Positions 59,042 through 64,000 of a stretch of 64,000 bases of DNA are shown in pieces (positions within the stretch are counted from its first letter, which is position 1; each line of letters starts with the position of its first letter). Position numbers and translations under genes: made by a program. The stretch lies in NCBI GenBank assembly GCA_016210205.1, contig JACQUO010000023.1, positions 153,711 through 217,710 of the forward strand, read 5' to 3'. The notes beneath the pieces are model-generated. The model worked only from the letters and a program-made list of their open reading frames with translations, ran no database searches and was not told the DNA's origin. This stretch comes from Chloroflexota bacterium (GTDB lineage: Bacteria > Chloroflexota > Dehalococcoidia > JACQUO01).

Positions 59042-60193
59042 TTGACAACATCCTCACCCGACGAGGCCGAGAGGCCCTCTCTCAGGGGTTATGCCCGCCG
59101 CCCGGGGCCAGGCCAGGGCCAGGGCGGCAGCTTTGAAGAATTTTGGCGGCGACTCACTGGCCGTGGGGTGGGCGCTCCCGGCGGCGGGGGCGGCGGGGGC
59201 GGCAGGCCCAGCGGGCCTAGCCCCCGGGCCAGCGCTAACATCATCATCGCCATCCTGGCGGTGGCTGTGGTCATCTGGTTGGCCACCGGGACCTACATCC
59301 TCCAGCCCGGCGAGCTGGGGGTGGTGCGCCGCTTCGGCAAGTACGTGGGCCAGCCCACCCTCCCCGGCATCAACTACCGCCTGCCCTTCCCCATCGACAC
59401 CCTCAACGTGGTGAATGTGGCCGAGGTCCGCCGCGTGGAAATCGGCTACCGCACCACCACCACGGCGGGCGGGGTCGTCAGCAAGCGCACCGTCCCCGCC
59501 GAGTCTTTGATGCTGACCCGGGACGAGAACATCGTGGATGTGGAAATCCTGGTGCAGTACCAGATTAAGAGCGCCCCCGACTTCGTCTTCAGGGTCGAGA
59601 ACCCAGAGCCCGTGCTGGGCACCGCCACCGAGGTGGCCCTGCGCAGCGTGGTGGGCAACACCAACATCGACGATGTGCTCACCACGGGCCGCGGCCAAGT
59701 GGAGAATGAGGTGCGGAGCTTTCTGCAGCGCCTCTTGGACGATTACCAGGCCGGCATTCAGGTGACGGCGGTGAAGCTCCAGGTGGCCGACCCGCCTCAG
59801 GAGGTCAAGGACGCCTTCAACGAGGTGGTGCGAGCCCTGGAGGACCGCCAACGCCTCCAGCGGGAGGCTGAAGGCTACGCCGCCGATGTGGTGCCTAAGG
59901 CTCGCGGCGAGGCCCAGCAGGCCATCCGGGGCGCCGAGGCCTACCGGGAGCAGCGCATCGCCCAGGCCAGGGGCGACGCGTCCAAGTTCACCTCGGTGCT
60001 GGCCGAGTACCTGAAGGCCAAGGATGTGACCCGCCAGCGGCTCTACCTGGAGACCATCGAGAAGGTGCTCCCCGGCATGGAGAAAATCGTCATTGACCCG
60101 CAAGCCTCCGGCGGGGGCTTACTCCAGTTCCTGCCCCTGAGGGATGGGGCATCCTTACCTGTGACCACACCGGGCGCTGCGGGGACAAAATGA
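59042..60193 (+). CDS. hflK: FtsH modulator HflK
   Basis: Gly-rich N-terminus, TM, SPFH domain (MLTRDENIV, V.DAFNEV, RLYLET); TTG after AGGAGG. Confidence 0.93.
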   Translation: MTTSSPDEAERPSLRGYARRPGPGQGQGGSFEEFWRRLTGRGVGAPGGGGGGGGRPSGPSPRASANIIIAILAVAVVIWLATGTYILQPGELGVVRRFGKYVGQPTLPGINYRLPFPIDTLNVVNVAEVRRVEIGYRTTTTAGGVVSKRTVPAESLMLTRDENIVDVEILVQYQIKSAPDFVFRVENPEPVLGTATEVALRSVVGNTNIDDVLTTGRGQVENEVRSFLQRLLDDYQAGIQVTAVKLQVADPPQEVKDAFNEVVRALEDRQRLQREAEGYAADVVPKARGEAQQAIRGAEAYREQRIAQARGDASKFTSVLAEYLKAKDVTRQRLYLETIEKVLPGMEKIVIDPQASGGGLLQFLPLRDGASLPVTTPGAAGTK

Positions 60194-60218
60194 GATTCGA
60201 GTTAAAGGAAACAGCAGC

Positions 60219-61100
60219 ATGCGGCTCTTAACGGCAATCGTCGTCCTAGCTATCATCGGCCTTATTATTGGCACCCAGGGCCTCTATACCGTCAGCGAGA
60301 CGGAGCAGGTCGTCATCACCCAGCTGGGCGAGTACAAAGAGACCGTCAAGAGCGCTGGCCTCTACTTCCGCATCCCCCTCTACCAGCAGGTGAACCGCTT
60401 CGAAAAGCGAGTGCTGAGCCTGGATGTCCCCCCTAGCGAATACCTCACCCAGGACAAGAAGCGACTAGTGGTGGACCAAATCACCCGCTGGAGCATCTCC
60501 GACCCCCTGGAGTTCTTCAAGACTGTGCGCGATGAGCCCGGGGCCCGGGCCCGCCTGGACGACATCATCTCCTCAGAGCTGCGGCGAGAGCTGGCCCAGG
60601 ACAACTACTCCGATATCTTCTCGGTGAAGCGCGAACCCATCATGGAACGGGTGGCAGCCGCGGCCCGGGAGCGGGCTGCCCAATACGGCATCAATGTGGT
60701 AGATTCCCGCATCAAGCGGGTTGACCTGCCCCAAGAGGTAGTGCAGAGCGTGTACCAGCGCATGCAGCAGGAACGCCAGCGCATCGCTAAAGGCTCCCGC
60801 GCCGAGGGAGAGGAAGCCGCCCTGCAAATCAGGGCCCAGGCGGACAAGGAGAAGACCATCATCCTGGCCCAGGCCTACGAGCAGAGCCAGAAGCTCCGCG
60901 GCGAGGGCGACGCTGAGGCTACCCGCCTCTACGCCGAGGCCTATAATAAGGATGCGGAGTTCTACGCCTTCGTGCGCAGCCTCCAGGCCTACGAGGCGAC
61001 GCTGGGCACCAAGAGCACCCTGGTGCTGGACGCCAACTCGCCCCTTCTGCGCTACCTGGCCAACCCTTCGGGCCTCTCCAGCCCATCCAGAAAGCCTTAG
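60219..61100 (+). CDS. hflC: FtsH modulator HflC
   Basis: T.DKKRLVVD, RIKRVDLP, RM..ER.RIA, FYAFVRSL.AY. Confidence 0.95.
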   Translation: MRLLTAIVVLAIIGLIIGTQGLYTVSETEQVVITQLGEYKETVKSAGLYFRIPLYQQVNRFEKRVLSLDVPPSEYLTQDKKRLVVDQITRWSISDPLEFFKTVRDEPGARARLDDIISSELRRELAQDNYSDIFSVKREPIMERVAAAARERAAQYGINVVDSRIKRVDLPQEVVQSVYQRMQQERQRIAKGSRAEGEEAALQIRAQADKEKTIILAQAYEQSQKLRGEGDAEATRLYAEAYNKDAEFYAFVRSLQAYEATLGTKSTLVLDANSPLLRYLANPSGLSSPSRKP

Positions 61101-61149
61101 GGTCTCTCCGTCCGCTTCATCGCAACGACAGCGTGCCCCAGCGCCTTCT

Positions 61150-61791
61150 TCAGGCTGAAGGCAGGCCCTCGATTAGGACAGCCCGCACCGGGGAGCCGTC
61201 CCCGTCCTTGATGCGCAGGGGCAGGCAGGCCAGGAAATAGGGGCCCGGCGGCACTGCCCTCAAGTCCACCCCCTCCACGATGAGCACCCCCGCCCCCAAA
61301 AGCTCCAGATGGGTCTGGGCAGGCCGCACCCCCCACTGCTCCACGGAGAGGTAGTCCATGGCCACCAACCTTATCCCCCGAGCCACCAGCCAGCGGGCGC
61401 CTTGGGGCGTGATGTAGGCGAAGTCCTTCTGGAAGCCCGGCCGCTCCAGGAGGGCTGCGTTCACGGTCTTGAAGAGCAGGCGCTGAGCTCCGGCGGGGAG
61501 GCCTGCGGCCTCCAGGGCCGCCACCCCGATGTCCCGCCCCTGGGGGAACTCCGCCACCCAGGCGGGGCCGATGAGGGCGTCCAGAGACACCTGGTCCACC
61601 GCAGCCCCCTGGTCGAAGAAGTGGCGGGGCGGGTCCAGGTGGGTGCCGGCATGGGAGCCCAGGATGAGGGTGGAGAGGTTATAGGCCTTGCCCTGGGCAA
61701 TCCTCGACCCCGGCTGGACGGCGAAGCCGGCATCCCCGGGATAGACGGGGGTCTCTGGGGAGAGGGTCAGGGTGATGTCGTATATCTTCAT
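61150..61791 (-). CDS. Cyclase-family metallohydrolase (KynB/kynurenine formamidase-like)
   Basis: YPGD, HAGTHLDPP.HF, DYLSVE, IVEG, DGSPVRA. Confidence 0.9.
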   Translation of the reverse strand: MKIYDITLTLSPETPVYPGDAGFAVQPGSRIAQGKAYNLSTLILGSHAGTHLDPPRHFFDQGAAVDQVSLDALIGPAWVAEFPQGRDIGVAALEAAGLPAGAQRLLFKTVNAALLERPGFQKDFAYITPQGARWLVARGIRLVAMDYLSVEQWGVRPAQTHLELLGAGVLIVEGVDLRAVPPGPYFLACLPLRIKDGDGSPVRAVLIEGLPSA

Positions 61792-61859
61792 GGGTTCCTC
61801 GCGCAATCCTCGCCCTTGCGGCGCCAGTTCGTCGTAAAATATAATAGGCCCCAAGGAAG

Positions 61860-63152
61860 GTGGCGTCAAAGGTGGATAGCGAACTGCCCCGCCCTCGGGT
61901 GGCCCTGGCCAGCCTGGGATGCAAACTCAACCAGGCCGAGGTCCAGGCCCTGGCCCGGCGCTTCACCCAGGCGGGCTACTCCCTAGCCCAAGAGGGCGAG
62001 CCATATGATATCTTCGTCCTCAACACCTGCGCCGTCACCCGCACCGCCGACCGCAAATCCCGCCATCTCCTGCGCCTAGCCCAGAGGCGCCAGCCCCAGG
62101 CCTTCGTGGTGGCCACAGGGTGCGGCGCCCAGCGCTCGTCCCAAAGCCTGGCGTCCCTCATCGGGCGCGGCCTGGTGGTGGGCAACGAGGAGAAGGAAGA
62201 CCTGGTATCTCTGGTGGCCGCCCGCCTGCCACCGGGGCCAGGACAGACGCCCCCTGCGCCCGTGGGCCGCACCAGGGCCCTGGTGAAAATCCAGAGCGGC
62301 TGCGCCCTTTCCTGCGCCTACTGCATCGTGCCCCGACTTCGGGGCCAGTCCCACAGCATCCCCCCCGATACGATAGTGGCCGAGGCGCAGGCCCGTCACG
62401 CCGAGGGTTGCCAGGAGGTGGCCCTCACCGGAACCTGGCCCAGCGGCTACGAGAGGGGCCGGGCCGAGCGCGGCCAGGGTCGGCCCCTGGAGGCCCTGCT
62501 CAAGCGGCTACTGGCGGAAACCGCCATCCCGCGCCTGCGGCTCCCCTCCCTCTTCCCCCAGGACCTGACGGAGGAGCTGATGGCGCTCTTCGCTACGGGG
62601 AGGCTGTGCCGACACCTGCACCTGCCGCTCCAGAGCGGCTCCGAGGCGGTCCTGCGCCGCATGGGCCGTCCCTACACCGCCGCTTCCTTCCGCGCCCAGG
62701 TGGAGCGGGCCCAGCAGTCCATCCCCGGCTTGGCCATCACCACCGATGTCATCGCCGCTTTCCCCGGAGAGAGCGAGGCCGAGTTCCAGGAGGGCCTGGG
62801 GCTGTGCCGCGCTCTGGGCCTGGCGGCCATCCATGTCTTCCCCTTCTCTCCCCGGCCCGGCACCAGGGCCGCCGCCCTGCCCGGCCAGGTGGCCGAACCC
62901 GTGAAGAAGGAGCGGGCCCGCCACCTACGGGAGCTCTCCCGCCAGGGCAGCCTGGCCTTCCGGAAAGGCCAACTGGGGCAACGCTTGCCGGCGCTGTGGG
63001 AGGGGGAGAAAAGCCCCAGCGTCTGGTCGGGGCTGACGGACAACTACCTCCGAGTCATGGCCCCCGGGAGGGGGAACCTCAGGGGCCGGGTGCTTCCCGT
63101 GCGACTGCTGTCCCTGCGCGATAAGGGGATTTGGGGCGAGCTGGAGCCTTAG
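61860..63152 (+). CDS. mtaB: Radical SAM methylthiotransferase, MtaB-like
   Basis: LGCKLN, NTCAVT, TGC; KIQSGC...CAYC; HLPLQSGS; HVFPFSPRPGT; G.TDNYL. Confidence 0.85.
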   Translation: MASKVDSELPRPRVALASLGCKLNQAEVQALARRFTQAGYSLAQEGEPYDIFVLNTCAVTRTADRKSRHLLRLAQRRQPQAFVVATGCGAQRSSQSLASLIGRGLVVGNEEKEDLVSLVAARLPPGPGQTPPAPVGRTRALVKIQSGCALSCAYCIVPRLRGQSHSIPPDTIVAEAQARHAEGCQEVALTGTWPSGYERGRAERGQGRPLEALLKRLLAETAIPRLRLPSLFPQDLTEELMALFATGRLCRHLHLPLQSGSEAVLRRMGRPYTAASFRAQVERAQQSIPGLAITTDVIAAFPGESEAEFQEGLGLCRALGLAAIHVFPFSPRPGTRAAALPGQVAEPVKKERARHLRELSRQGSLAFRKGQLGQRLPALWEGEKSPSVWSGLTDNYLRVMAPGRGNLRGRVLPVRLLSLRDKGIWGELEP

Positions 63153-63170
63153 GCTCGCCAGGAGGACTCT

Positions 63171-64000
63171 ATGCTGCCCGGTGAGATTATTGTCTATCTC
63201 CTTCTCATGCTGTTGTGCCTGGTGTTGTCCGCCTTCTTCAGCAGCTCCGAGACCGCCTTCACCTTCCTATCTAAACTTCGCCTGCGCCATCTGGCCGCCA
63301 CGGGCGTCCCGTGGGCGGGCCGGGCCGTCCGGATGATGGAGCACCCGGAGCGCTTCCTGGCTGCGGTGCTCCTGGGCAACAACATCGTTAACACCGCCCT
63401 GGCCGTCCTGGCCACGGTGGTGGCCACAGCCTACCTGGGGGAAAAGCAGGCAGTGGTGATTACTACCATTGCCGTCACCCTGACGCTCCTGCTCCTGGGG
63501 GATGTCATCCCCAAAGGGGTGGCAGCCCACCACGCCGAGAAGGTGGTGAGCCTCTTCGTGCGCCCCATGGGGCTAGTCACCCTCCTCCTCTCCCCCCTCA
63601 CTACCGTTCTTGCCTGGATAAGCCGCGCCGTGGGCAAGCTCATCGGCGTTTCCTATGTCCCCAAGTCCCTAGTCACCGAAGAAGAGGTCCACAATATCCT
63701 GGCCCTGGGGGTGGATGAGGGCACCATGGATGCCACCGAGGCAGAGCTGATTCGGGGGGTTTTCCGCTTCGGGGACCGTCGGGTGAAGGAGGTGATGTTC
63801 CCCCGCTCGGAGATAGCCTGGGTGGAGAAGGGCACGACGCTCACCGATTTCCAGGCCAACTTCCTCCAGACCCCCCACTACCGCTTCCCGGTGTACCAGG
63901 ATAGCATCGACAATGTGGCAGGCATCCTCACCCTCAAGGACATCACCACGGCCCAGGCCCGGGGCGAGCTGAAGGACACGGACGATGTCACCGCAATGGC
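63171..64000 (+). CDS. CNNM/DUF21 + CBS domain protein (TlyC/CorB hemolysin family), 3'-truncated
   Basis: ATG after AGGAGG; SAFFSSSETAF, LLGNNIVN, GDVIPK, VKEVM.PR, RFPVY..SIDN; no stop within the window. Confidence 0.9.
   Translation, partial: MLPGEIIVYLLLMLLCLVLSAFFSSSETAFTFLSKLRLRHLAATGVPWAGRAVRMMEHPERFLAAVLLGNNIVNTALAVLATVVATAYLGEKQAVVITTIAVTLTLLLLGDVIPKGVAAHHAEKVVSLFVRPMGLVTLLLSPLTTVLAWISRAVGKLIGVSYVPKSLVTEEEVHNILALGVDEGTMDATEAELIRGVFRFGDRRVKEVMFPRSEIAWVEKGTTLTDFQANFLQTPHYRFPVYQDSIDNVAGILTLKDITTAQARGELKDTDDVTAM

Overview
GC-rich bacterial chromosomal segment, most consistent with an uncultured Chloroflexota (Dehalococcoidia-like) genome. This is inferred from the GAAC-N4-GTTC LexA box, the hspR/clp/dnaJ cluster, the paralogous CoA-transferases/AOR/TPP enzyme and the intergenic repeat style. 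It is mostly housekeeping DNA: lepA, glmS, pyrE, lepB, dcd-ribD-ribE-ribBA-ribH, dinB, thrB-lysC, polA-mutM, coaD-rsmD, dnaJ-hspR-clp, hsp20, hflKC, mtaB and tRNA-Lys. Mixed in are respiratory and anaerobic catabolism genes: cytochrome b6, a subunit-IV/diheme c fusion, cytochrome c maturation genes, two class III CoA-transferase pairs and an aldehyde:ferredoxin oxidoreductase. The most notable items are: (i) a two-gene HgcC-like AbrB regulator + ArsM unit with its own palindromic operator and no arsR or hgcAB; (ii) a stand-alone decaheme OmcA/MtrC-type lipoprotein with a collagen-like stalk plus a PCYCGC protein, lying between the glmS 3' end and tRNA-Lys next to unannotated RHS and NarL gene debris; (iii) a dispersed palindromic repeat/MITE family; (iv) several degenerate or unusual-architecture proteins (NYN-Zn-CSD, filter-less 2TM channel, AcsE-like protein lacking pterin Asp residues, solo lasso-B2-like protein). 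No CRISPR array, rRNA, transposase or integrase was seen. All family assignments come from motif recognition by eye, not database searches.
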